Assembly: GCA_964643135.1 (NCBI GenBank)
Contig: CAZXPC010000003.1
Coordinates: 6,152 to 70,151, forward strand
Reading direction: 5' to 3'
Origin: an uncultured Candidatus Saccharibacteria bacterium
GTDB lineage: Bacteria > Patescibacteriota > Minisyncoccia > UBA6257 > Colwellbacteraceae
Length of the DNA stretch: 64,000 nt
How positions within the stretch are numbered: position 1 is the first letter of the stretch; every line of letters begins with the position of its first letter. The position numbers and the translations under genes are program-made. The notes beneath the pieces were generated by a model that saw only the letters and a program-made list of their open reading frames with translations, searched no databases and was not told where the DNA came from. Positions 46,086 to 55,145 of this stretch are shown piece by piece.

Positions 46086-47150
46086 ATGGCACAAAATCCT
46101 GATTACATTCCTCCGTTTGGAGGAGAAGAAAACACTCAGTTTGTTCCGCCTCCTCCACCGCCGAGTTCATTGGGCGGGGATGTCGGCATTAGATCTATGT
46201 CTGGAGACGTCGGCTCAATTCAGAGTTCGGGCGGGCTTGATAATTCAACGAGCCAGAAGTCGTTCAGGCCGAATGTTTTGGGAGGGGCTGAGCCGGTCTT
46301 CTCCCCTCAGATGCCGCCATCGCCTCAAATGCCTCCTGCTAAGGGGCGTGGTTCGGCTCACAATAAGGCTCTTATAATAAGCATTGCCTCGGTTGTCGGA
46401 ATGGTGATTGTTGGGGCTGTCGTATACTTTTTGTTCTTTGCTAGCAGGCCCGCACCGGTGCCCGTGCCGGTACCGGAACCGACTCCGACTCCGGTTACTC
46501 CGCCGACATCAGAACCAACCCCCGTTCCGACGCCCGAACCTACTCCTCCCCCAACTCCACCAACCCCGCCGGCTCCGACTCACGCCAGCCTTTTTCCGGC
46601 ATCAGCCAATGTCGCTTCTTCGTCGGTAACTTTGACCACGCTTGATTCGCCGACTATAAAAGCGGGCATAACTTCTCTTTTCGCTTCAGAAACCAAGGTG
46701 CCGATTTTGAAAGAGATGACTTTCTCTTTCAACAACTTGCTCGTCGTTGCTCCTGATTTTATCAAAGCCTATTTCGGGACCGATCTTACTAATATGTTAG
46801 TTCAGCCGGACTTTACGGCCTTTGGATATAAAGACAAAGATGGAGTTTGGCCTGGTTTTATCTTCGGCTTAACAAGCGATGGCGCAAATTCATTTACTGC
46901 CGGCACAGTTGCGGCCACGGCGACTTTCCCGTCTGAAGCGTTTCTCAATAGTCCAGGAGCGGCCAAATCAACTACCTTTAAAGATGGAGGGAAACCGTCG
47001 CCAGCCTTTGACTTTGTAAAATATCTCCAGTACTCAGTGCCCGGCGCGTCTTTTAACATCGGAGTTTTCAACCTTAACGGCAACAAGTATGTCTTGATGA
47101 GCACCTCGTTCGCCGGTTTTAAAGAAGCCGTGAAGGATCTCGGGTTGTAG
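46086..47150 (+). CDS. Pro-rich single-TM hypothetical protein
   Basis: Disordered N-terminus, TM, PT/PEP linker, C-terminal globular region. Confidence 0.75.
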   Translation: MAQNPDYIPPFGGEENTQFVPPPPPPSSLGGDVGIRSMSGDVGSIQSSGGLDNSTSQKSFRPNVLGGAEPVFSPQMPPSPQMPPAKGRGSAHNKALIISIASVVGMVIVGAVVYFLFFASRPAPVPVPVPEPTPTPVTPPTSEPTPVPTPEPTPPPTPPTPPAPTHASLFPASANVASSSVTLTTLDSPTIKAGITSLFASETKVPILKEMTFSFNNLLVVAPDFIKAYFGTDLTNMLVQPDFTAFGYKDKDGVWPGFIFGLTSDGANSFTAGTVAATATFPSEAFLNSPGAAKSTTFKDGGKPSPAFDFVKYLQYSVPGASFNIGVFNLNGNKYVLMSTSFAGFKEAVKDLGL

Positions 47151-47243
47151 ATTTGACACGGCACGGGTTCGTGCTATAATGAAACTAATGAAAGTCCGCC
47201 CTCCGGCGGATTTTCTCCTAATATCAATAACAATAAATACAAA

Positions 47244-48473
47244 ATGATGGATTTAAAAGCATTAGTTCAAAATATCGGCCAGATCGCTGAGGAAAAAGGC
47301 GTCCCGGCCGACGCGGTGCTTTCAGCGATTGAAGATTCGCTCGCCGCTGCTTATAAAAAAGAATATGGCACGAAGGGTAGTCTGGTTAGAGCTAAACTTG
47401 ATACTAAAACAGGCGAATTAAATTTCGTTCAGGTTAAAACAGTGGTTGATGACACAACTATCCGCATGCCCGTTGAAGGCGAGGAAGAAACTGCGCCGAC
47501 TGGCGAATTAACGGAAGAAAAGTTGCCTCGCTACAGCGCCGAAAGGCACCTCTTTTTAGAAGAGGCCAAGGCGATAGTTCCGAAAAAAAAGCAGGACGCG
47601 CTAAAAGTTGGCGACGAAGTTGAAATCCACTTGCCGCTCCATACTGATTTTGGCCGAATTGCCGCTCAGACGGCCAAGCAGGTAATCATTCAGAAGCTTC
47701 GCGAGATCGAAAGGGATTCGATTATTAAGGAATATAAAGACAAAGAGGGCGGGATTGTGAGCGGTGTCGTCCAGCGTTTTGAACGCGGCAATGTTTTTGT
47801 CGACTTGGGCCGGCTCTCAGCTATTTTGCCCTACAATGAATCGATTCCGGGCGAACACTACCGAGTGGGCGAGAGGTTGAGATTCTATATCGCTTCAGTC
47901 GCGACTGATTTGAAGACTCCGGGTATTATTCTTTCACGCTCACACCCGAAATTTGTGGCTAAACTTTTCGAATTGGAGGTTCCGGAAATCGCGGATGGCA
48001 TCGTCCTGGTTAAAGCGATTGCGCGCGAGCCGGGGAGCCGGACCAAGATTGCGGTGGCTTCAACCGTTGAAGGCATTGATCCGGTTGGGTCTTGCGTCGG
48101 CCAGCGCGGCACCCGTGTTATGGCGGTGACCAACGAACTAGGCCAGGAAAAGCTTGATATCATTGAATGGTCGGACAAAACCGAAAAATTTATTGCTAAT
48201 TCTTTGTCGCCCACGAAGGTGCAGTCGGTAGAAATGACCGGGGACAACAGCGCATTGGTTTTGGTCCAGGACAGCGAGCTTAGCTTAGCGATCGGTAAGG
48301 GCGGCCAGAATGTTCGCTTAGCCGCCAAATTAACCGGTTGCAAGATTGATGTTAGATCACAGGCCAGGCCCGATGAGGTCAAAGAAGGAGCGATTGCTGA
48401 AGCCGGCGAAGGATCTCCAGCGCAGGATGACATGGATAAACCGGTGTATCGCAAGCCCGACGTCGACGACTAA
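47244..48473 (+). CDS. nusA: Transcription termination factor NusA
   Basis: FGRIAAQTAKQ, S1, AREPGSRTKIAV, AIGKGGQNVRLA. Confidence 0.97.
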   Translation: MMDLKALVQNIGQIAEEKGVPADAVLSAIEDSLAAAYKKEYGTKGSLVRAKLDTKTGELNFVQVKTVVDDTTIRMPVEGEEETAPTGELTEEKLPRYSAERHLFLEEAKAIVPKKKQDALKVGDEVEIHLPLHTDFGRIAAQTAKQVIIQKLREIERDSIIKEYKDKEGGIVSGVVQRFERGNVFVDLGRLSAILPYNESIPGEHYRVGERLRFYIASVATDLKTPGIILSRSHPKFVAKLFELEVPEIADGIVLVKAIAREPGSRTKIAVASTVEGIDPVGSCVGQRGTRVMAVTNELGQEKLDIIEWSDKTEKFIANSLSPTKVQSVEMTGDNSALVLVQDSELSLAIGKGGQNVRLAAKLTGCKIDVRSQARPDEVKEGAIAEAGEGSPAQDDMDKPVYRKPDVDD

Positions 48474-48533
48474 AATCGCGCCTCAAATTCAAGGAAGCTT
48501 GCCAGCGATTTGATTAAGGTATAACTTGTAAAC

Positions 48534-49163
48534 ATGATGCCAAAAAATATAAACAGAAATTTACAAATGGAAGACCAGTACCTGATCCCGACAGTCATCG
48601 AAAAGACTGCCTATGGCGAGCGCGCATATGATATTTATTCGCGTCTTTTAAAAGACCGGATAATTTTCTTGGGCGGGCCGATTAATGACGCGGTGGCTAA
48701 TGCCGTGATTGCTCAGATGCTTTTCTTGGAAAGCCAAGATCCGAAAGAAGATATTAAGCTTTATATCAATTCTCCGGGCGGATCGGTTTACGCCGGTATG
48801 GCTATTTTCGATACCATGCAGCACATCAAGCCCGATGTTTCGACCATCGCTGTTGGCATTGCCGCTTCTATGGGCGCGTTTTTGCTCGCTATGGGCAAAA
48901 AGGGCAAGCGTTTTGCTCTGCCGAACTCAGAGATTTTAATTCACCAGCCCATGGGCGGTGCGGAAGGACAGGCTACCGAAATTGAAATCGCCGCCAAGCA
49001 AATTGTTAAAACTAAGGCAAAATTAAATCAAATTCTCGCTAAGGCAACTGGACAAACTCTTGCCAAGGTTGAGAAAGATACTGATCGGGACTTTTGGATG
49101 GACGCCGACGAAGCCAAGATTTATGGTATCGTGGACGAAGTGATCACCAAGAAGAGCAAATAG
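48534..49163 (+). CDS. clpP: ATP-dependent Clp protease proteolytic subunit
   Basis: [30 protein letters not shown]. Confidence 0.98.
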   Translation: MMPKNINRNLQMEDQYLIPTVIEKTAYGERAYDIYSRLLKDRIIFLGGPINDAVANAVIAQMLFLESQDPKEDIKLYINSPGGSVYAGMAIFDTMQHIKPDVSTIAVGIAASMGAFLLAMGKKGKRFALPNSEILIHQPMGGAEGQATEIEIAAKQIVKTKAKLNQILAKATGQTLAKVEKDTDRDFWMDADEAKIYGIVDEVITKKSK

Positions 49164-49184
49164 TTTCGTTTTCCCATCTTCTTT

Positions 49185-49444
49185 CGCCCCCCCTCCGAAA
49201 TCCGATCTACCCTTCAGGGCACAGGATAAATTTGGGGCTCAAATTTTCCTTTCAGCTCGCCTAACCCGGCTCCGCGAATCCCTTCAGAATAGATTCGGAT
49301 TTCTCGGCTATGCAGACCGAAAGAGCCGTAAACCACAAGCCCCACAGGGAACATCGCGGAAGGAGTGTAGACGACTGAGCGCGAAGAAAAATTTCAGTCA
49401 GAAATTTATTCTGTTTCCCGAGGAGGCTGTGGTTGGAGGCGGAC
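49185..49444. repeat. Dispersed structured repeat, locus D (two back-to-back units)
   Basis: Same architecture as loci A-C; right end GAGGCTGTGGTTGGAGGCGG matches the reverse complement of the 33075-33095 region. Confidence 0.88.
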
Positions 49445-49488
49445 TGATAGTTTTGGGTTCTGGTAGAGTTCGGTATAGAATTATGATT

Positions 49489-50694
49489 ATGAATAAAGAA
49501 GAGTTGATCGACGAATTGCTAACGCGCGGCATTGAGCGGATTTATCCTTCTAAGGAGGCGTTTGAGAAGACTTTAAAGAGCGGCAAAAAATTAAGAATTT
49601 ATTGGGGGACCGATCCGACTTCGACCCAAATGCACATCGGCCATGCAGCGAGTCTTTTTCCGTTAAGACGATTACAAGAGCTTGGCCACGAAGTTATTTT
49701 TTTGATCGGCGACTTTACGGCCAAGATCGGCGACCCGAGCGATAAGAAAGCGACCAGGAGGCAATTAACGGATAAAGAAATTAAAGCGAACCTCAAGAAT
49801 TTTAGGGTCCAGGCCTCAAAGATAATCGATTTTAAGGGTAAGAACGCCGCGAAATTAATGTTTAATTCGAAGTGGCTTTCCAAGATGAACCTGGCTGATA
49901 TTTTAGAATTGACGAGTAAAGTTACTGTTCAGCAGATGATCCAGCGGGATATGTTCCAGGAGAGAATCAAAGAATCAAAGGCAATTGGCGTGCACGAATT
50001 TTTGTATCCGCTAATGCAGGGCTATGATTCGGTGGTTATGGATGTTGATGCCGAAATTGGCGGCAATGACCAGACTTTCAATATGCTCGTCGGCCGAGAC
50101 TTGATGAGAATTTATAAAGATAAAGAGAAGTTCGTGATTTCAGTCAAGCTTTTAACCAATGCCGAGGGCAAGAAGATGAGCAAAACCGAGGGAGATTTAA
50201 TAAATATCAGTGATGAACCGAACGATATGTTTGGCAAAGTGATGGCCCTCTCCGACGGCGTTATGTTCAACTTGGCCGAACTCGCCACAATTATGCCAAT
50301 GGCCGAAATAAATAACCTAAAGGAGTCGTTAAATGTTTTAAACGCCAATCCGCGCGACACTAAGGCCAGAATTGCGCATTGGGTAGTTAAAACCTATCAT
50401 GGCGAAAAGGCGGCGGATAAAGCTGAAGATGAATTTAACCGTGTTTTTAAATCCAAAGAGTTGCCGGAAGATATTGCGATGGTTAAGCTGGGTAAGACAG
50501 AAATTGGGATTGTTGATTTGCTTGTCGAAGTTAAGTTTGCGGCATCAAAAAGCGAGGCGCGGCGACTTATCGAGCAGGGTGGAGTAAAAATCGACGGCAT
50601 GAAAGTCGCTGAAGCTAATTTGGTCGTGCCGATTACTTCAAAACCGATCCTCCTGCAGGCCGGAAAGAGGCATTTTGTAAAGATATCTATCTGA
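49489..50694 (+). CDS. tyrS: Tyrosine--tRNA ligase
   Basis: GTDPT...HIGH, YPLMQGYD, GGNDQ, KMSKT, C-terminal S4 domain. Confidence 0.97.
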   Translation: MNKEELIDELLTRGIERIYPSKEAFEKTLKSGKKLRIYWGTDPTSTQMHIGHAASLFPLRRLQELGHEVIFLIGDFTAKIGDPSDKKATRRQLTDKEIKANLKNFRVQASKIIDFKGKNAAKLMFNSKWLSKMNLADILELTSKVTVQQMIQRDMFQERIKESKAIGVHEFLYPLMQGYDSVVMDVDAEIGGNDQTFNMLVGRDLMRIYKDKEKFVISVKLLTNAEGKKMSKTEGDLINISDEPNDMFGKVMALSDGVMFNLAELATIMPMAEINNLKESLNVLNANPRDTKARIAHWVVKTYHGEKAADKAEDEFNRVFKSKELPEDIAMVKLGKTEIGIVDLLVEVKFAASKSEARRLIEQGGVKIDGMKVAEANLVVPITSKPILLQAGKRHFVKISI

Positions 50695-51109
50695 TTCTAA
50701 ATTCTTGGAACTGTTCGCGAAGTCTTGGCAGGGCCTCAACCAGATTAGGCGCCAAAACGCCTTCGTTTTTCATTTGTTCTATTTCGTCGAAACTATACCA
50801 TTCAAAGTGGTTGATTTTATTTTCTTCGGCTTTTTGAGCCCTTGGTTCGCCATCGATAATTTCGCAAAAATACATTTTGACCGAAAATTCGCCCTCTGCC
50901 GACACCGTGTCATAAGTTCCGAAGAGGGATACCGGCCTGACTCTAATGCCGAGTTCTTCTTTCAGGTCTCTTGTAACGGCTGACTCTGGGGTCTCGCCTG
51001 GTTCAATCTTGCCACCGGGCGGTTCGACTCTTAGGCCGTGCTTAATGTTGTGCACTAAGAGGATCTTATCGTCTTTTATAATCAATCCCGCGACTAATTC
51101 TTTTCTCAT
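50687..51109 (-). CDS. NUDIX hydrolase
   Basis: PGGKIEPGETPESAVTRDLKEELG. Confidence 0.88.
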   Translation of the reverse strand: MRKELVAGLIIKDDKILLVHNIKHGLRVEPPGGKIEPGETPESAVTRDLKEELGIRVRPVSLFGTYDTVSAEGEFSVKMYFCEIIDGEPRAQKAEENKINHFEWYSFDEIEQMKNEGVLAPNLVEALPRLREQFQEFRIR

Positions 51110-51110
51110 G

Positions 51111-51181
51111 CGGGCCCACGAGGATTTGAACCTCGATCTTTCCTTTTGGAGAGGAAAATTCTGCCATTGAACTATGGACCC
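51111..51181 (-). tRNA. tRNA-Gly(TCC)
   Basis: Anticodon arm TTCCT-CTCCAAA-AGGAA. Confidence 0.88.
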
Positions 51182-51243
51182 TGGTTAACAAATACTAATA
51201 CAAAAACGTTGAGTTATACAACTCAAAAGTCTTGATTCAACTG

Positions 51244-51314
51244 AGCGAGTAACGGGAGTCGAACCCGTATCTAGTCCTTGGCAAGGACTCATAATGCCGC
51301 TATACGATACCCGC
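51244..51314 (-). tRNA. tRNA-Gly(GCC)
   Basis: Anticodon arm AGTCC-TTGCCAA-GGACT. Confidence 0.92.
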
Positions 51315-51440
51315 GATGGTTAATACTTTATAATTTTTTCGCTAATAAATCAATGTTTTATTTTTCGATTCTAAACGTCTTTATATTTACACATCTCCCG
51401 GGCTGGATTAGAATCTAGGAGCGCTTAGGATGGTCTATTT

Positions 51441-52055
51441 ATGAAATCAATCACTTTCAAAAGCCACTGGTTTTGGATCCTGATAATTATTCTTAGCACG
51501 CTTTTTGCTGTGTATATCGGTTTGAGGCTATTGGGTCAGACTATCTTTGTTCCCAAGGGTTTTTTGGAGGCGCGGACCAGGGGAGCCGACATAGCGAATA
51601 GCATTGTGGCCCTTTCGACCGATTCCGTTAACAATCTTAAAACCATTCAACTGCAGAACGACCTTAAGAATTATGAGGACGGCTTAAATTCGGTTATCAA
51701 AGAGATTGCCCGTAATGAAGATGCGCGCAAGGACGCGATTAGCCTTTCCTCTCAGCTCGAGACGATGGCCGGCAGCATTGCCGACATCCGGCCTAAGACC
51801 GCTTCAGATATGGCGCTCAGGGCGATCATCATTGAGTCTCAAATTGCGCAAAGGCTGATCAACTACAACGGCTACATCGCCGAACTTCTGAGCGATTTCC
51901 AATCCAGATTTGCCAAAGGCTCGAAGGTGAACGAACAGGCGGTTAAAGACTTGATTTCAAAAATGGACGGCGAGATATCCTCGATCAATGATTTGAACGA
52001 ACAATATCGGGGCTTGATGAGCCAGTTTGATGAACTAACCTCGGTTAAACATTAA
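51441..52055 (+). CDS. Membrane-anchored helical hypothetical protein
   Basis: N-terminal TM, coiled-coil-like remainder. Confidence 0.72.
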   Translation: MKSITFKSHWFWILIIILSTLFAVYIGLRLLGQTIFVPKGFLEARTRGADIANSIVALSTDSVNNLKTIQLQNDLKNYEDGLNSVIKEIARNEDARKDAISLSSQLETMAGSIADIRPKTASDMALRAIIIESQIAQRLINYNGYIAELLSDFQSRFAKGSKVNEQAVKDLISKMDGEISSINDLNEQYRGLMSQFDELTSVKH

Positions 52056-52061
52056 AGTTTG

Positions 52062-52133
52062 TGCCGGATCCCAGAATCGAACTGGGTACGCCAGCCTCTT
52101 CAGGGCTGCGCTCTGCCAATGAGCTAATCCGGC
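52062..52133 (-). tRNA. tRNA-Phe(GAA)
   Basis: Anticodon arm CAGCC-CTGAAGA-GGCTG. Confidence 0.92.
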
Positions 52134-52204
52134 GATACTAGAGATAGTAACTTCTGGCGATTAAAATTGCAATTGAGTATTATTCGCTATATTCTGAAAG
52201 CCTA

Positions 52205-52276
52205 GCCCTTGTCGTTCAATGGACAGGACAGAGGTTTCCTAAACCTTAAATGGAGGTTCGATTCCTCCCGAGGGCA
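52205..52276 (+). tRNA. tRNA-Arg(CCT)
   Basis: Anticodon loop TTCCTAA. Confidence 0.9.
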
Positions 52277-52338
52277 CAAAATTGGCAAATTTGAATAATT
52301 TATTTTACACTGGTAAAACCTCCGGAACGAGGTTAGAC

Positions 52339-52410
52339 CCTCCTGTAGTTCAATGGATAGAATAGGGAACTTCTAATTCCTTGATCGAGGTTCGATTCCT
52401 CGCGGGAGGA
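52339..52410 (+). tRNA. tRNA-Arg(TCT)
   Basis: Anticodon loop CTTCTAA. Confidence 0.9.
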
Positions 52411-52420
52411 CAAGCAGCGA

Positions 52421-52491
52421 CGGGCCGTCGTATATTGGTAGTATACCTGTTTTGGGAACAGGCGGGCTGGGTTCGATTCCCAGCGGCCCGA
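52421..52491 (+). tRNA. tRNA-Pro(TGG)
   Basis: CGGGCCG/CGGCCCG acceptor stem; loop TTTGGGA. Confidence 0.9.
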
Positions 52492-52557
52492 CATCTTAAA
52501 AATAAATAGAGATTTGTAGCAAAAAATAATATATTGTTATAGTATTGTTTTCATCAT

Positions 52558-52629
52558 GGTGCCTATAGCTCAATGGTAGAGCGCCTCCCTGTGGAGGAGG
52601 ATACACGGGTTCGATCCCCGTTAGGCACC
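52558..52629 (+). tRNA. tRNA-His(GTG)
   Basis: G-1 present; anticodon arm CCTCC-CTGTGGA-GGAGG. Confidence 0.92.
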
Positions 52630-52660
52630 CAATTATAAACTGTCGGCCGAATTAAAAAGA

Positions 52661-52705
52661 TTGACAAACATAATCACCCTCTCTAGAGTGGGAATGTTGG
52701 GGTGA
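52661..52705 (+). promoter_or_regulatory. Sigma70 promoter and SD of cdc6
   Basis: TTGACA(52661-52666)-17-TAGAGT(52684-52689); GGGGTGA at 52699-52705, 7 nt before TTG. Confidence 0.72.
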
Positions 52706-52712
52706 CAACAAC

Positions 52713-53966
52713 TTGACGACCAAATCCAAACCGAAAGAGGGAATCTTCGATTCGCTCTTGAGGAGCGAGCCGATGTTCAGAAACAAGGAAGTCCTGCGGT
52801 CTAGCTACATGCCTGACGAGCTGCCGCACCGGACGACCCAGATCAATCAGCTCGCGGCGATCCTCGTTGGGGCGCTCAAGGGTGAAACGCCCTCGAACGT
52901 CCTTATCTACGGGCAGTCGGGAACTGGGAAAACCGCGGTGGCGCGCTTCGTGGGCAACGAGCTGCAGAAGACGGGGAAGGAGAAGGACCAGACGGTCTTT
53001 TTCGTCTATATCAACTGCCAGCTCGTCGACACGCAGTATCGAGTCCTCACGCACATCGCGAACCATTTCATCGAGAACTGGGACGACCGCATCCCGTTCA
53101 CGGGCTGGCCGACGGACGAGGTCTACAACAAGCTGAAGCAGAAGATCGACGAGAAGGGAGGCGCCTGCGTCATCGTCTTGGACGAAATCGACAAACTCGT
53201 TTCCAAGGCCGGCGACGACATCCTCTACGCACTCTTGTCGATCAACAGCGACCTGAAGAGCGCGAAGGTGTCCGTGATCGGCATCTCGAACGACCTGAAG
53301 TTCACTGAGCTTCTCGACCCGCGCGTGAAGTCGCGCCTGGGCGAGGAGGAGGTGATCTTCCCTTCGTACGACGCCGTGGAGCTCCAGGACATCATGAAAC
53401 AGCGCGCAGAGATGGCGTTTCAGGGAGGTTCGCTGGAAGACAGCGTCATGCCTCTTTGCGCCGTTTTGGCCGCACAGGAGCATGGCGATGCTCGTCGAGC
53501 GCTGGACCTTCTTCGCGTCGCCGGCGAATTGGCGGAGCGGGAGGGCCAGAAGTCAGTGAGTGAGAAGTACGTGCGGAAGGCTCAGAACAAGATCGAGGGC
53601 GACCGCGTGACCGAGGTCGTGCGCACGCTTCCCACGCAGAGCAAGATCGTGCTTCTCAGTGCGATCTTCGGCGAAGAATCGGGAACGAAGAGTCTCACGA
53701 CCGGCGAGGTGTACGACACGTACCGCGAACTTTGTGAGGAAGCCCGCCAGGACATCCTCACGCAGCGCCGCGTTACGGACCTCATCTCGGAACTCGACAT
53801 GCTCGGAATCTTCCGGGCGCGGGTTGTCTCCAAGGGGCGTTACGGACGCACCAAGGAGATCGAGCTGGCCATTCCGGTTGAAGAGACCAAGGCTGTGCTC
53901 TGCGAGGATCCTGTCGTGGGGCCAGTCATGGGGTTCCGCCCAAAGAAGCAATCGAGGCTCTTCTAG
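52713..53966 (+). CDS. cdc6: Archaeal-type Orc1/Cdc6 replication initiator (AAA+ plus winged helix)
   Basis: Y.PDELPHR, IYGQSGTGKT, YINC, PFTGWPTDEVY, LDEIDKL, LDPRVKSRLGEEE..FP.Y, EHGDARRALDLLR, ELDMLG...SKGRYGRT. Confidence 0.95.
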   Translation: MTTKSKPKEGIFDSLLRSEPMFRNKEVLRSSYMPDELPHRTTQINQLAAILVGALKGETPSNVLIYGQSGTGKTAVARFVGNELQKTGKEKDQTVFFVYINCQLVDTQYRVLTHIANHFIENWDDRIPFTGWPTDEVYNKLKQKIDEKGGACVIVLDEIDKLVSKAGDDILYALLSINSDLKSAKVSVIGISNDLKFTELLDPRVKSRLGEEEVIFPSYDAVELQDIMKQRAEMAFQGGSLEDSVMPLCAVLAAQEHGDARRALDLLRVAGELAEREGQKSVSEKYVRKAQNKIEGDRVTEVVRTLPTQSKIVLLSAIFGEESGTKSLTTGEVYDTYRELCEEARQDILTQRRVTDLISELDMLGIFRARVVSKGRYGRTKEIELAIPVEETKAVLCEDPVVGPVMGFRPKKQSRLF

Positions 53967-53986
53967 TCAGCGAACGTCGCCCCCCA

Positions 53987-54037
53987 CGGGTTATTCGCGC
54001 CATCTGTGCAAACAGACCGCGCATAACCCGTTTTTTT
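53987..54037 (+). terminator. Complex hairpin plus U-tract after cdc6
   Basis: ACGGGTTATTCGCG...CGCGCATAACCCGT-TTTTTT with inner TCTGT/ACAGA stem. Confidence 0.75.
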
Positions 54038-54060
54038 ATTTCTCTGATATACTTAAATGC

Positions 54061-55134
54061 ATGAGTAAAATTGCTAAATATCTCCGGCCGGCCGCTGTAT
54101 TTTTGGGTTTTTTATTTTTAGCTAAATCGGCTTCGGCGCACGAGGCTTATGTCTTGCCGCAGGCTGATTTTTGGGCGGCTATGAATTCTCCTTTTAGTTT
54201 GTATTCTTTGGATGCTTTGAAAGATCCCAATAATATTTTGATTGCCGTTCAAATTTTTGCCGGAGTGTCGCTGATGCTTGTTTTGAGCTTTTTCTTCCGG
54301 CGGTCAAAGCTGGGTAAGAAGTTAAACGATAAGATAGAAACTTTGTCGCCGATCGGTCTGCTTTTTGTGAGAGCCGCGCTCGCCATTTCATTATTTTTTT
54401 CGGCTTATTCATATGATTTTCTGGGTCCGGAACTGAAAATGTCGTTCCTGCCTTTTGCGCCATTGATCCAGGCCGCTCTCTACCTTATCAGTTTCATGAT
54501 TGCGGTCGGGTTTCTGACCGAATTAGCGGCCGGCGCCGCCCTCATCATATTCTTCATCGGGTTCTTTACCTTCGGCGGCTATGTTTTTACCTACCTGAAT
54601 TATCTGGGTTCAATATTAGTACTGCTGCTTTTTGGGATGCGTAAATGGTCGGTGGACGGCTACCTTTTCGGCCCGCTCAAACGATTTAAAGATTTCAGAA
54701 AATATGGAACCACAATCGTCCGGATTTGTTACGGTTTGGCGCTCGTTTACGCGGCGGTCACGGTAAAGTTCCTCCACCCGGAGCTGGTGGTCGATATTGT
54801 TAAGACCTGGAACCTGACTCAATTCGGCTGGCTTTTTCCCTCGGATCCGCTTTTGATCGCGTTTGGCGCCGGTCTCGCTGAAACCGCCATTGGTTTATTT
54901 ATAATTTTCGGTTTTGAGCTGAGGCTGACGGTTTTAGTCAGTTTGTTTTATATCACGCTCTCTTTGTTTTTCTTCAGAGAATTAGTTTGGCCGCATTTGA
55001 TGCTTTACGGCATATCTTTTAACTTGCTGGTCCAGCCGGAAATATTTACACTCGACCATTTCTTTGAGAAAAAGCTCTCCAATTTGTGGCTGCATCCGTT
55101 CCATCCGCACGTTAAAGCCAGCGAGAAAAAGTAG
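54061..55134 (+). CDS. DoxX-like multi-pass membrane protein
   Basis: Start at ATG 54061 (MSKIAKY; ASAHEAY signal end); DoxX-like halves (WSVD, E..IG...IFG). Confidence 0.75.
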   Translation: MSKIAKYLRPAAVFLGFLFLAKSASAHEAYVLPQADFWAAMNSPFSLYSLDALKDPNNILIAVQIFAGVSLMLVLSFFFRRSKLGKKLNDKIETLSPIGLLFVRAALAISLFFSAYSYDFLGPELKMSFLPFAPLIQAALYLISFMIAVGFLTELAAGAALIIFFIGFFTFGGYVFTYLNYLGSILVLLLFGMRKWSVDGYLFGPLKRFKDFRKYGTTIVRICYGLALVYAAVTVKFLHPELVVDIVKTWNLTQFGWLFPSDPLLIAFGAGLAETAIGLFIIFGFELRLTVLVSLFYITLSLFFFRELVWPHLMLYGISFNLLVQPEIFTLDHFFEKKLSNLWLHPFHPHVKASEKK

Positions 55135-55145
55135 AGCGGACTCAA

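Noticed and set aside
52683-53951. Long antisense ORFs over cdc6 (and similarly over 38032-39045, ftsH, nusA)
   Set aside because: Expected stop-poor shadows of genes with biased codon usage
53986-53994. attR copy of tRNA-His after cdc6 (CACGGGTT)
   Set aside because: Only an 8-bp match, part of the terminator stem, and not the tRNA 3' end
53659-54060. N-terminal extension of the 491-aa ORF
   Set aside because: Overlaps cdc6 and its terminator; signal-peptide start at ATG 54061 is more plausible
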